DNA of 64,000 bases from an uncultured Gemmatimonadota bacterium (GTDB taxonomy: Bacteria; JAAXHH01): assembly GCA_951812955.1 (NCBI GenBank), contig OX638340.1, positions 2,816,001-2,880,000 on the forward strand, in the 5' to 3' direction. Positions 21,102 through 30,794 of the stretch are shown here, piece after piece. The notes under the pieces are model-generated. The model worked only from the letters and a program-made list of their open reading frames with translations. It searched no databases and was not told the origin of the DNA. Both the position numbers and the translations under genes were made by a program. Numbering within the stretch: position 1 is the stretch's first letter; every line of letters begins with the position of its first letter.

Positions 21102-24100
21102 TTGAAGAAATGGCGTCGATATGTAACAGCCGGAGCTGTCGTGTTTACGACGGCGATCGCCTTGGGGGTCGCACAATACCTCACGGCGTTGCCGGACGCA
21201 CCGGCAAGATCCTCGGCGACTCAGGGGTCTCCGATCCCGAACGAACTCGCCCTGGATTCAAGGCAAGATGCCTATATCGGCGGTCAGACCTACATGGCCG
21301 TCATGAATTCGGAACTTACCGACACCTACACTGGCGTGGGCTGGCGGGGTTCGGGCCGTTCCATGAGTCCCACGATGGGCTTTCCTTCGTACACCTTTCC
21401 CGCAGGTGGGTTGGACGCGCCGCTATGGGCGTCGGCTATGGGTATCACGGCTTATCAGCCCAACGCTGTGGCCGGTATGCCCATCAGTCGCGCCGAAGGT
21501 GATTTCATCGGCACCACCAACGTCTATCGCGCGCCGCCTCATCAGCGTGAACAGGCCCCGCAAGGCTTCTGGTCAGATCAGGGCGGATCGAGCAGCCCGG
21601 GTTTTGCCGGTGGAACCGTGGGACCGGGTGGTTACCGTGAGCCCTTCATAACGGAAACGACCTTCAATACGAACGCGGGTATTCGGGTCCAGCGTCAGTC
21701 GTACAGCTTCAGCTACGGCTACGGCCATACGAATGACTTCATCCTGTTGCGTCACGTGCTGAATGTTCACGGTGAGGTAGACGTAAATCAGGATGGTATG
21801 TTAGAAGAGGGTCAGAATGGCGGAGTTACGATCAGGAACTTCCTGATCATTTTCAACTATGACTTCGACATTCCCTGGACCAACAACCCCCTCCTGACCG
21901 GTGGGGCGATCGGCGGCGGTACAGGCGGTGACGACAAGCAGCCACCTGCCATGTTCAGCCGAGTGATGCCTCGCGCCGTACCGGAGGGGCTGATCAATTC
22001 GGGCCGATACAACCAGGCTCCGTACAGCGACCGGTTCTATTCCGGCCTGGTCACCATGTTCGACGAGGACGATCCGGGTCATCCGGGCATCGACTCCTAC
22101 GTATGGAACACGACCAACGGTAACTTCAATCCGTTGCACGTGGGCGAAGCTTCGTTGATTGTGCTTGAAGGCTCCGGCGATGAAGATCCGCTCGGGGACT
22201 TGAACAACGCCGCTGCGCTTGATATCTACGATGCGCCTTCAGTCGGCCTGTTCAATACCCATGAATGGTGGATCGCTGACCTGAGAACTGTTTTCGGATG
22301 GTACGAGGGTTCGCTTACCAAGTACCTGGAGAACAAGACGGTCAACGTGCCTGGCGGCAGCAGCGCACCGCATCCGGATCTTTTCACCAGTGGCAGTCCG
22401 CTTGAAAGAAATACCGATATCAGTACCTGGACCGCCAAGACGCAGGCTGGTGGATCGGCCGAGGGCATGGGCCTGAAGTGGGGCGACCCGCGCAATCTGA
22501 CCCAACCCGGCAATCCTGGTACGGCCGCCATAGGTCTGCAGCCAGGTCAGTACGATAGCATCACGCTCTTCGATCTCGATGGCGTGTTTGCCGGCATCGT
22601 GCCTGATCCGTACAACGGCAGCGACACGAAGGACGAGACCTCCGGCGCCGGTTGCATCCGGAACGCTCTTGGCTGGGGACCCTACACCAAGGCACCCGGC
22701 GAAGATCTTAGCATCTGGCATGTTGACCTGATAGGGGCCGGTAAAGACGGCGCCTACGACGTTTACCTCCGCGCGCAGGACGTCTGGATGCAGCGGAAGT
22801 ACAACATGGCCAACAACACGTACTACTGGGACGGTTCCAACGACCGCATCATCCCCGTGTATAACGCGGATGGTTCCATCGCTCGGGACGGTGCCGACGA
22901 AGCCATGACCGTTACGCACAACTTCGGTCGCGGTGCTGCCAGCGGCGCGCTGTTCCATCCGGCGCCTCCTCCTACCCTGTCGGTCTTCCCGACCGCCAAC
23001 GGTACGATCGCGCTGGCGTGGGCCAACAATGCGGAAACGGCTATCGATCCGGGCCGGGGCGTTGTGGATTTCGCGAAGTACCGCGTGTACCGCGCTTCCG
23101 GTTTCATCGATCAGTTCCCGACCGCTACGGTCGCCCATGAAGTCGGTTACAATAGTACGGTGATCCCGCCGAATCTCGGTCTGAGCGAAGGTGCGTCCGC
23201 GATTACGGACGTGACCGATCCGACGACCGCAGCGGTAAAGCAGGGCCATCCGTACGCCCGGTTCATCCATGAAGGCCTTACGCTCGGTGCCGACTACAAC
23301 ATCGGTCGGGTATACGACTTCGTGGCTGACGACCTGGTTAAGCGCTTCGCGGCGCCTAACTTCTCGGGACCGTACGTCCAGATCGCTGAATTCGGCGGTG
23401 GCGGCGGCAATCAGACCAACAGCCTGAATCCGCCAGAATCCGTATCGTATCCGAATCCGTATCCGGCGGGAAGCAGGATTCCGGGCTTCGAGGATGATTT
23501 TATCGAAACCACGCCGAGTTCGACACAGATCGTTCAAGCGAACAACGACTTGGGCGCCACGACGGCTATCGCGACCAGTTTCTCTGATCGCTATCCTGAT
23601 GCAGTCGGATCAGGCGATGCGCAGATTACCAGTGTCGGCGGTATTCTCGCGGATCCCCGCCTGGTCGGCAAAAGCGGTTATATGTTCGAAGATCGTTCGG
23701 TGCTGATTGGGTTCAGCTACTGGTACTACGTGGCCGCGGTAGATAACGAAAGCGCGCAACAGCACGATTTCGACAACTACGTAGCCGATCAGGGCTCGTC
23801 CCAGCGGGTAATCACCCGTACCATCAACGGGCTCGAGAGTTTCTACACGATGAACGCAAACGGGACGGATGGACGGTGGCACGGTCAGTATCCCTACCGG
23901 GGTCTGTCAGTGGGGCCGCAGGTACCGGGACAGGACGTCGTTCCGACGACCGTGGCTCGTAACGAGGTGGCAGGCGGTGTGGCGGAATTCGAAAATCTGA
24001 TGACCGTCGCCCCCAACCCCTTCGTTTTCCAGGCCCAGTGGGATCTGGCAACGAAGTCGCAAACCGTCAAGTTCTTCAACGCTCCGGTACCATCCCGCAT

Positions 24101-24305
24101 CACGATCTTCGACTCGGCCGGCCTTCAGGTTAAGCAGTTCTCAGTGCCTGGCGACCAGACCACGACGATCGGCGGTGTGACGGACTGGGATCTGAAGAAC
24201 GATTCCAACGTACCTGTTTCCAGCGGTCTGTACATCTGCGTGGTCGAAGCCGAAATTGGCGGCGTGAGCTACGCGAAAACGTTGAAACTCTACGTCCGGC
24301 GGTAA
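21102..24305 (+). CDS. large secreted protein of unknown function with C-terminal T9SS sorting (Por_Secre_tail/FlgD-Ig-like) domain
   Basis: TTG start 6 nt after AAGGAGG. N-terminal anchor or signal (YVTAGAVVFTTAIALGVAQ). FN3-like stretch (KYRVYRASGF). The last ~90 aa, VAPNPFVF...ITIFDSAGLQV...SGLYICVVEAEIGG...LKLYVRR, match the T9SS CTD pattern. No catalytic domain recognised. Confidence 0.7.
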   Translation: MKKWRRYVTAGAVVFTTAIALGVAQYLTALPDAPARSSATQGSPIPNELALDSRQDAYIGGQTYMAVMNSELTDTYTGVGWRGSGRSMSPTMGFPSYTFPAGGLDAPLWASAMGITAYQPNAVAGMPISRAEGDFIGTTNVYRAPPHQREQAPQGFWSDQGGSSSPGFAGGTVGPGGYREPFITETTFNTNAGIRVQRQSYSFSYGYGHTNDFILLRHVLNVHGEVDVNQDGMLEEGQNGGVTIRNFLIIFNYDFDIPWTNNPLLTGGAIGGGTGGDDKQPPAMFSRVMPRAVPEGLINSGRYNQAPYSDRFYSGLVTMFDEDDPGHPGIDSYVWNTTNGNFNPLHVGEASLIVLEGSGDEDPLGDLNNAAALDIYDAPSVGLFNTHEWWIADLRTVFGWYEGSLTKYLENKTVNVPGGSSAPHPDLFTSGSPLERNTDISTWTAKTQAGGSAEGMGLKWGDPRNLTQPGNPGTAAIGLQPGQYDSITLFDLDGVFAGIVPDPYNGSDTKDETSGAGCIRNALGWGPYTKAPGEDLSIWHVDLIGAGKDGAYDVYLRAQDVWMQRKYNMANNTYYWDGSNDRIIPVYNADGSIARDGADEAMTVTHNFGRGAASGALFHPAPPPTLSVFPTANGTIALAWANNAETAIDPGRGVVDFAKYRVYRASGFIDQFPTATVAHEVGYNSTVIPPNLGLSEGASAITDVTDPTTAAVKQGHPYARFIHEGLTLGADYNIGRVYDFVADDLVKRFAAPNFSGPYVQIAEFGGGGGNQTNSLNPPESVSYPNPYPAGSRIPGFEDDFIETTPSSTQIVQANNDLGATTAIATSFSDRYPDAVGSGDAQITSVGGILADPRLVGKSGYMFEDRSVLIGFSYWYYVAAVDNESAQQHDFDNYVADQGSSQRVITRTINGLESFYTMNANGTDGRWHGQYPYRGLSVGPQVPGQDVVPTTVARNEVAGGVAEFENLMTVAPNPFVFQAQWDLATKSQTVKFFNAPVPSRITIFDSAGLQVKQFSVPGDQTTTIGGVTDWDLKNDSNVPVSSGLYICVVEAEIGGVSYAKTLKLYVRR

Positions 24306-24316
24306 ACTTCGGTAAA

Positions 24317-24345
24317 GTCCCGCGCCATGCGTCATAGCGCGGGAC
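24317..24345 (+). other. intra-operon GC-rich hairpin (9-bp perfect stem, 11-nt loop), no U-tract
   Basis: GTCCCGCGC (24317-24325), loop, GCGCGGGAC (24337-24345), between the T9SS-CTD protein and the PorV-like gene. Confidence 0.5.
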
Positions 24346-24369
24346 GGTCCGATTCAGGGAGGTTATCTA

Positions 24370-25353
24370 ATGAAAGTATTTGTACGCTGGGGCGTGGTTA
24401 CCGGATTGCTGATGGCACTGTCAGCGCCGGTACATGCTCAGGTTTCCAAGGGTGGAACCGCCGCGACGAAATTTCTGACGCTTGATTCCAGCGCTCGTGT
24501 CGCGGGTGTTGCATCCTCTGCCACATCCTACACGGATCTTGGCGCTTTCTCTGCTCTGACGAATCAAGCCACCATGGTGTTCGTCGAGGGTAGAGGAGCA
24601 GTCGGCGTTTCCTATACACCGTATTTCGCGGAAATGACGCTGTTCAGTGCCGGTCTGGTGTGGAATCTCGGCGATAACGGCGCCGTGGGTCTGAGTGTGC
24701 ATTCGCTGCTTTCGGGCGACATACCCTATACCACATCCGGTGATCCGACGGGTCAATTTGCCACAGCTGGCCAGAACTTTTCCGTGTCTGACCTGGCCAT
24801 CGGTCCGAGTTATGCGCGTCGACTGACGGATTCATTCGCCGTCGGCGGATCGTTGAAGTATATCTCGGAAGGCACGAGCGGCGCTGGAGATGACGACCGT
24901 ACCAGCACAGCGGTCGCGGTGGACGTGGGTACGATTTACACCACGGATTTCCGTAATTTCCGTATAGGCGCCTCGTTCCAGAATTTTGGTCCGGACATGC
25001 AATTCATCGATGAATCGAGTGCTCGCGACCAGTTGCCTACGACGTTCCGTATCGGTTTTGCCGCTGAGCCGGCCGAACTGCCGACGGGAAGCGTGATGCT
25101 CAGCGCAGAGCTGTGGAAACTCCGCGAGTACGATTCAGTACTCAATCTGGGTATCGAGTGGTGGGTTAACGATTATATCGCGGGACGGGTTGGCTGGAAA
25201 GCCGGATACAGCGGCGGCCAGGATGAAGGCGTATCCGCCGGCGCAGGTCTCCGGTTCAGCCAGGGTGAATTGAGTCTCAACGTTGATTACGCGTATACGC
25301 AGTTTGAACTTCTGGACGATCTGCATCGCGTGTCCGTAGGTGTGGGCTTCTAA
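24370..25353 (+). CDS. PorV/PorQ family outer-membrane beta-barrel protein
   Basis: 327 aa. Signal peptide ...SAPVHAQ. The N-terminal block GGTAATKFLTLDSSARVAGVASSA matches the PorV/PorQ hallmark (GTxAxxFLxIxxxARxxxMG). Beta-barrel-like alternation, ending in F. Confidence 0.65.
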   Translation: MKVFVRWGVVTGLLMALSAPVHAQVSKGGTAATKFLTLDSSARVAGVASSATSYTDLGAFSALTNQATMVFVEGRGAVGVSYTPYFAEMTLFSAGLVWNLGDNGAVGLSVHSLLSGDIPYTTSGDPTGQFATAGQNFSVSDLAIGPSYARRLTDSFAVGGSLKYISEGTSGAGDDDRTSTAVAVDVGTIYTTDFRNFRIGASFQNFGPDMQFIDESSARDQLPTTFRIGFAAEPAELPTGSVMLSAELWKLREYDSVLNLGIEWWVNDYIAGRVGWKAGYSGGQDEGVSAGAGLRFSQGELSLNVDYAYTQFELLDDLHRVSVGVGF

Positions 25354-25409
25354 ACAAAAGGCCAGAGCGTACGGATGGATGTAAGAATATCGTTAGTTTG
25401 AAGTACCAG

Positions 25410-25447
25410 GAGAATCCCTCAGTCCGTTTGATGAGGGATTCTCTTAT
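25410..25447 (+). terminator. putative rho-independent terminator of the TBDR operon
   Basis: 12-bp perfect stem GAGAATCCCTCA / TGAGGGATTCTC with a 10-nt loop, followed by TTAT. Located 57 nt after the PorV-like stop. Confidence 0.6.
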
Positions 25448-25471
25448 GTAGTGAAAGAATTGAGGACGCTG

Positions 25472-27379
25472 ATGGGATTGAACGTGAGACGAAATATCAC
25501 ATACTGTTATGCATTAAAGTTTGTTGTAATCGTTTGTATGGCGGCTGCCTGTGTGTTGACCGGCCTGGACGCCATGGCCATACAGTTAAGCGGCACAGTG
25601 ACCGATGGGAAGGATCCCGTGCCGGGTGTCCGAGTTCGAGAACACGGTAAACCGAATTTCGTTGTGACCGATTCAGAAGGCAGATTCACCCTCAACATCA
25701 CCGAAGAACCCGTGCAGCAGTACGCCATAACGGCCGGTAAGGAAGGCTGGTTGAACGGCGGGGTCATGGTGGATCGAAAAACATCATATACGACGATTAT
25801 TATACAAAAAGTACCTGAAGAAATAGACACCTCGTACGATTTCATTACCCCCCACAAATCCCTGGTCGATCTGCGCGAGGAGCCGGAAGAGCTGGAGAGA
25901 CTCCGCGCGCAATCGCACACGGGCTTCGAGGAGGGGTGCAACCTCTGTCATTTCGAGCCGACCTGCTACCTCTGCCATAGAGATCTCTACGATCAATGGA
26001 GCACTTCGCAACACGCGAAGGGTGTCGACAACCCGTGGACGTTGAATCTTTACGATGGTACTGATGCGGACGGGAACGAAAACGTGGGACCGGGATTCAG
26101 GCTGGATTTTCCTGACGAAGCCGGAGAATGCGCCGATTGCCACGCGCCGTCAGCAGCTGTCGACGCGCCAGGGAAGACCGACTTGAAGGTAGTATACAAT
26201 CGTTCGCTGGCTTATCCGACCGTCCAGGACTACAAGACGCTCGAACGCATGGAATACGAAAGACTTGCCGGCTCGGTCGATGCCGCGGGAATTCACTGCG
26301 ATTTCTGCCACAAGATTCAAAATGTGGAAGTCAATGATCACGCGGGGGTAAATGGATCCATCACGCTGAACCTGGTGGCCATGGAAGAGGAAAAGCAGGC
26401 CCGGCTCATCAAGGGGAAGTTCCCGCCGATATTCGTGTACGGACCCTATGACGATGTTATAAATTTCACCCCATTACCGGGTTCATCCAACACCTCACCC
26501 ATGGTGGCGAGCTACAATCCGATCTACACGAGCAGCGACTACTGCTCCGCCTGCCACCAGCACAAAAACAAGCACGGCCTTCCGTTCATGGATACGTACC
26601 AGGAGTGGAAGGATAGTCCCTATTCCGCCATGGGCATAGAATGCCAGGACTGCCATATGAAGCCGGAGTCCGACGGTTTCACCTTTGGTTCTTTCGTGAA
26701 CGGCGACGCGGAGAAGTTCTGGACACCCATCGGATACCGGGACCCGACAACCGTTAAAACGCATGGGTTTCCGGGGGCCACAGAGACGCTCCTGCCGAAC
26801 GCCGCGACCCTGGCCATCAATTCCGTTGTTTCCAATGGACTGTTGACGGTGACCGTTGACGTGCGTAACGTCAATACGGGGCACCATATACCTTCGGGTA
26901 TCACCATCAGGAATATGCTGTTGCTCGTTACGCCCGTTCTGGCGAATGGAGATACCTTGCGTTACGTGGGGGACCAGCGTGTTCCGGTTTACGGCGGCGA
27001 AGGCGACCCGGCCGAAGGAAATTACGCGGGCTACCCGGGTAAGGGATTCGCCCTGGTTTTCGGTGATGACGCCGGCAACACCCATGTCATGGACTGGCAG
27101 GCGACCCGCATTGTCGAGGACACGCGAATCAAGGCGCGAGAGGCAGATCGTTCCGTATATACATTTGAAGTACCATCGGACATCGAGCGCGTGGATGTTC
27201 ATACGGATCTGATTTATAGAAGAGCATTCAAACCGTTGGCCGATCTCAAGAAGTGGACGCAGAAGGATATGAACGTGGCGTCGGACATCACCACGGTAAG
27301 GCCAGTTGGACAACTCGAAGTTTCCACTCCTTCGAAAGGACTGAGCCTCCGCGATCGTATCAGATCCTACTTCGATTGA
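25472..27379 (+). CDS. multiheme c-type cytochrome (6 CxxCH) with N-terminal carboxypeptidase-regulatory-like domain
   Basis: Six heme-binding motifs: CNLCH, CYLCH, CADCH, CDFCH, CSACH, CQDCH. N-terminal membrane anchor. CarbopepD_reg-like LSGTVTDGKDPVPGVRVRE...DSEGRFTL. ATG 25472 is preferred over the GTG 25451 of the ORF track. Confidence 0.85.
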   Translation: MGLNVRRNITYCYALKFVVIVCMAAACVLTGLDAMAIQLSGTVTDGKDPVPGVRVREHGKPNFVVTDSEGRFTLNITEEPVQQYAITAGKEGWLNGGVMVDRKTSYTTIIIQKVPEEIDTSYDFITPHKSLVDLREEPEELERLRAQSHTGFEEGCNLCHFEPTCYLCHRDLYDQWSTSQHAKGVDNPWTLNLYDGTDADGNENVGPGFRLDFPDEAGECADCHAPSAAVDAPGKTDLKVVYNRSLAYPTVQDYKTLERMEYERLAGSVDAAGIHCDFCHKIQNVEVNDHAGVNGSITLNLVAMEEEKQARLIKGKFPPIFVYGPYDDVINFTPLPGSSNTSPMVASYNPIYTSSDYCSACHQHKNKHGLPFMDTYQEWKDSPYSAMGIECQDCHMKPESDGFTFGSFVNGDAEKFWTPIGYRDPTTVKTHGFPGATETLLPNAATLAINSVVSNGLLTVTVDVRNVNTGHHIPSGITIRNMLLLVTPVLANGDTLRYVGDQRVPVYGGEGDPAEGNYAGYPGKGFALVFGDDAGNTHVMDWQATRIVEDTRIKAREADRSVYTFEVPSDIERVDVHTDLIYRRAFKPLADLKKWTQKDMNVASDITTVRPVGQLEVSTPSKGLSLRDRIRSYFD

Positions 27380-27478
27380 CGGGTTTGGCATGTGCAAGTT
27401 GTCGATACGTACATCGGCACCTGGACAACCTGTTCAGATGCCGGGATTCCCGCCCTGATTCGGTAACCTCACGAGCAT

Positions 27479-29095
27479 ATGCGCAATATCCTTCTCGCAG
27501 CCTTTCTGCTTTACACCCCTCTGCTTACGGACACCGGTCCATACCTCACGTACATTTCCACCGTCCGTCAGGATGAATCGTCCAGGCAAATTTCGCCCGA
27601 GGATGAGAGCCGTCTGCTTGAAGACGTGATGTATTTCCGGCAGCAGATTGAGCAGAACAGGAGCGAACCCGCCAACTACTTCAATCTGGGTCTCGCGGCC
27701 GTTGCCCTGGACAAGCTGGCCACGGCGGAAGCGGCATTCCAGGTTGTCACCAGTTTGCGCCCCGGAGATGTCGACGCTCATTTCAACCTGGGTATGGTTT
27801 ACGCCCGGCAGGACCGGTACGACGAGGCGATCAAGGCATTCAGCCGAGTTGTGGAAATGGATCCCGAGCGTGCAGAACCTTACTACAACCTCGGCCGGGC
27901 CTATCAGATATCTGGAATGCTGGTGGAATCCATAAAATCTTTTGTTAAGGCAACGACGCTGGACCCCGACAACAGCCTGTTTCAGTACGGTCGGGGGACA
28001 ACGGAAGAGAAGATGGGCGCCCTGGGGGAGGCCGCCGTTTCCTATTCCAATGCCATATCCATCGATCCGGAATTCGTCGACGCCCGGTATGCGTTGGGAC
28101 GCGTACTGTTGGATCAGCGGAAATTCCAGGAAGCCCGGGATGCCTTTCGCGAAGTGCTGCGCGTAGATTCCGGCAAGGCGGAGGCATACTGCCAACTCGG
28201 TGTGATCGCGCTGAGCGAAGGCCGTGTCGACGATGCGGTCCGGGCGTATGAGAACGCCAGGCAGATAGATGAAGCATCGGTGGAGGCCATCGCGGGAATT
28301 GCCCAGGCTTCGTTGCGTGCGGGACAGACTGAACGGGCGGTATCGCTGTACCAGCAGGCCTTAACGATAGATTCAGAATCGCCTACCCTGCATTACCATG
28401 CGGGCACGGCTTTCGCGGCCGCCGAGCGCTATGAAGAAGCGTTGGACGCCTTTGCGGGTGCGATAGAACGCTATCCGGAGTATCCCGAGCCCTACCTGTC
28501 GATGGGTAACACGCTCAACGCCCTGGGGAGGGGGGATGACGCCGGGCCGTTTCTCGAAGCGTTCCAACGGCTCAACGCGTTCAAGGAGGAGTTGTCGCAG
28601 GCGGAAGCCTTGGTACGCCTGAATCCGCGGGTAGCGGAGGTACATTACAACATGGCAACGGCCCTGACCCAGCTGGGCCGGTACGAGGATGCCGTGCGGG
28701 AATTTCGGATCGCCACGGAACTGGCGCCTCGTTTCGTTCACGCCTATAACAACCTCGGCGTCGCCTATGTTCAACTCGGCAAGTTTGACGAAGCCCGCGG
28801 CGCCTACCAGCAATCGATCCTGCTGGATTCGACCTACGTAGAGGCCTATACGAACCTGGCATGGCTCTTTGCCGAACACGGCGAAAACCTGGACCGTGCC
28901 CTGGAGCTGGCCGACAGGGCGGTCGAGATGGCTCCTACGGTCGTCTCCTACGAAACGCTGGCGGTCGTGCGGAACGCGGGAGGGGATTATGCCGGGGCCG
29001 ATGCGGCTATGCGGAATGCAATCCGTATCGAACCTGATAACGAGGTATTGCGGCAACGTTGGGAGCGGATCAGGCAGGAAAGGAACGGATCATGA
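27479..29095 (+). CDS. tetratricopeptide (TPR) repeat protein
   Basis: 538 aa. N-terminal hydrophobic leader. More than 10 consecutive 34-aa repeats with the A-x3-Y/F-x-A-L/I-x2-P/D pattern (e.g. AHFNLGMVYARQDRYDEAIKAFSRVVEMDP). Confidence 0.85.
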   Translation: MRNILLAAFLLYTPLLTDTGPYLTYISTVRQDESSRQISPEDESRLLEDVMYFRQQIEQNRSEPANYFNLGLAAVALDKLATAEAAFQVVTSLRPGDVDAHFNLGMVYARQDRYDEAIKAFSRVVEMDPERAEPYYNLGRAYQISGMLVESIKSFVKATTLDPDNSLFQYGRGTTEEKMGALGEAAVSYSNAISIDPEFVDARYALGRVLLDQRKFQEARDAFREVLRVDSGKAEAYCQLGVIALSEGRVDDAVRAYENARQIDEASVEAIAGIAQASLRAGQTERAVSLYQQALTIDSESPTLHYHAGTAFAAAERYEEALDAFAGAIERYPEYPEPYLSMGNTLNALGRGDDAGPFLEAFQRLNAFKEELSQAEALVRLNPRVAEVHYNMATALTQLGRYEDAVREFRIATELAPRFVHAYNNLGVAYVQLGKFDEARGAYQQSILLDSTYVEAYTNLAWLFAEHGENLDRALELADRAVEMAPTVVSYETLAVVRNAGGDYAGADAAMRNAIRIEPDNEVLRQRWERIRQERNGS

Positions 29096-29120
29096 ACCAA
29101 TACAGTGGAAGGAGAAGCGG

Positions 29121-30248
29121 ATGAAGCGGGTGAAGTCCAGGGTGTTGCCGCTCCTGGCGGCGGCACTTGTGATGGGTTGCGCGGAAGCGGACGATGACGG
29201 GATGTGGCGTGGCAGAACGGAAGTGGTCGCGGGAGCCTCAAGGGTCATAAGCGATGCGCCAATCCGGCACTCACCCGATCAGACGGCAGACGTCACGCTC
29301 GAAGAGGACCTGGTGATTGATGGCGGCGAGGACCGGTCGTTCTCGTCGGTTTTCGGGATCACCACGGATCGGAACGGCAACATTTACGTGGCCGACTCGG
29401 AACAGAAGCGCATACAGAAGTTCGATGAAACCGGTTCGTTTCAGACGTCCGTAGGGTCGTCGGGCGTGGGACCGCTGCAGTTCAAATCTCCTGTGGATAT
29501 GGTGCTTGACAGCGAAGGGCGGTTGTTCGTACTGGACAGCGAACTCGACCGGGTCACGGTATTTAATCCGGACCTGAGTTTCGCCGACATCTGGCAAACG
29601 CAGGTTACGAAGCCCCGCCGCATACGTATAGACACCGAGGGTAACGTGCTTGTCTTCGTCATTACACAGCATGATCTCATCTACAAATTCAGTCCGAACG
29701 GCGATCCGATTGCGAAGTTCTACAATCCCATGGAAACCATGCGGCGTACCGGAACCCTGACAGAGTTCATTGCATATTCCGACGCGGCCATGGAGTCTAC
29801 AGAGGACGGGTACGTCGTCGTTTCCGCAAGACACCCCTACAAGATAAGTAAGTTTGACCGGGTAAACGGACTGGAATTGGAATTTTACCGGACCACTTCC
29901 TTTGATATGAAGCCGCTGGGACGGTGGACGAACACGCAGCATCCACCTCCCGTCGGCGTGTCCGGCGGCCTGGCCGTACTGCCCGACGGACGCATCATGA
30001 ACACCATACAGTACCAGGAATTCGAACAGGTGGGGTTGAACACCATGGGCATGCCCCAGTTGAAAATGACGAAAATGGATCGATGGTACGATTTTTTTAC
30101 TCCGGATGGCAAATGGGAAATGACCGCACAGTTCGCCGTGAGCGGAGTTCCCATGCACGTGGACCGGCAGGGCCGTATCTATTTCGCTGATTTGGCCGAA
30201 GACAGAGTCGTCAGGTACAACTTTGTTTTTCCTGAGGAGTACAACTAG
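29121..30248 (+). CDS. NHL-repeat / six-bladed beta-propeller lipoprotein
   Basis: Start at MKRVKSRVLPLLAAALVMGC (lipobox) preceded by GGAGAAG. NHL-like blades (GNIYVADSEQKRIQKFD, GRLFVLDSELDRVTVFN, GRIYFADLAEDRVVRY). Confidence 0.75.
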   Translation: MKRVKSRVLPLLAAALVMGCAEADDDGMWRGRTEVVAGASRVISDAPIRHSPDQTADVTLEEDLVIDGGEDRSFSSVFGITTDRNGNIYVADSEQKRIQKFDETGSFQTSVGSSGVGPLQFKSPVDMVLDSEGRLFVLDSELDRVTVFNPDLSFADIWQTQVTKPRRIRIDTEGNVLVFVITQHDLIYKFSPNGDPIAKFYNPMETMRRTGTLTEFIAYSDAAMESTEDGYVVVSARHPYKISKFDRVNGLELEFYRTTSFDMKPLGRWTNTQHPPPVGVSGGLAVLPDGRIMNTIQYQEFEQVGLNTMGMPQLKMTKMDRWYDFFTPDGKWEMTAQFAVSGVPMHVDRQGRIYFADLAEDRVVRYNFVFPEEYN

Positions 30249-30775
30249 TGCGCGTCATCCTGACAGGAATCCTTCTGACGATTACGGCCCTGGCTTGCGA
30301 AATGGCTCCAGAGGAAGAGCAGGTGGCCGGGGGCACATTCGTCGGCTATACATTTTCCGAACAGGCCGTCGTCGACACCGCGCTCGATATGGAAGCTGGA
30401 TATACACTGACCTTCAAAGCCTACGATCTTGGCGGCGACGCGCGGTTCGTGGTCTATGTCCAACGGAAGATCTCGGGCGAGTATTATGCCGGGGTTGTTA
30501 GGCTGGGCATCGTCGATCCGCAGGGCAACGTATACACGTACTACCACAGCGCCGAAGCCGAAGCCATAGACCGTCCGATCATGTGGACCCGGCGCGTGCC
30601 GGGCGTACACAACGTCGAAGTCGAGTTCAACGTGCGCGGAGACCAGAAGGTGCGTACCTCCTTCGAAGTCCCACTGATAAGGGAACCGGTATCGGGCTTT
30701 CTCGTCGCCGGCGTCAGTCTGGGCGTTTTGGTCCTCGCGGGCTTGACCCTGGTACTCATAAGAAGACGCCGTTGA
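30248..30775 (+). CDS. hypothetical lipoprotein with C-terminal transmembrane anchor
   Basis: The GTG start shares one nt with the upstream stop (TAGTG). Lipobox LTITALAC. C-terminal TM FLVAGVSLGVLVLAGLTLVLIRRRR. No family recognised. Confidence 0.55.
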   Translation: MRVILTGILLTITALACEMAPEEEQVAGGTFVGYTFSEQAVVDTALDMEAGYTLTFKAYDLGGDARFVVYVQRKISGEYYAGVVRLGIVDPQGNVYTYYHSAEAEAIDRPIMWTRRVPGVHNVEVEFNVRGDQKVRTSFEVPLIREPVSGFLVAGVSLGVLVLAGLTLVLIRRRR

Positions 30776-30794
30776 CACGACGCTGATCGGTCGC

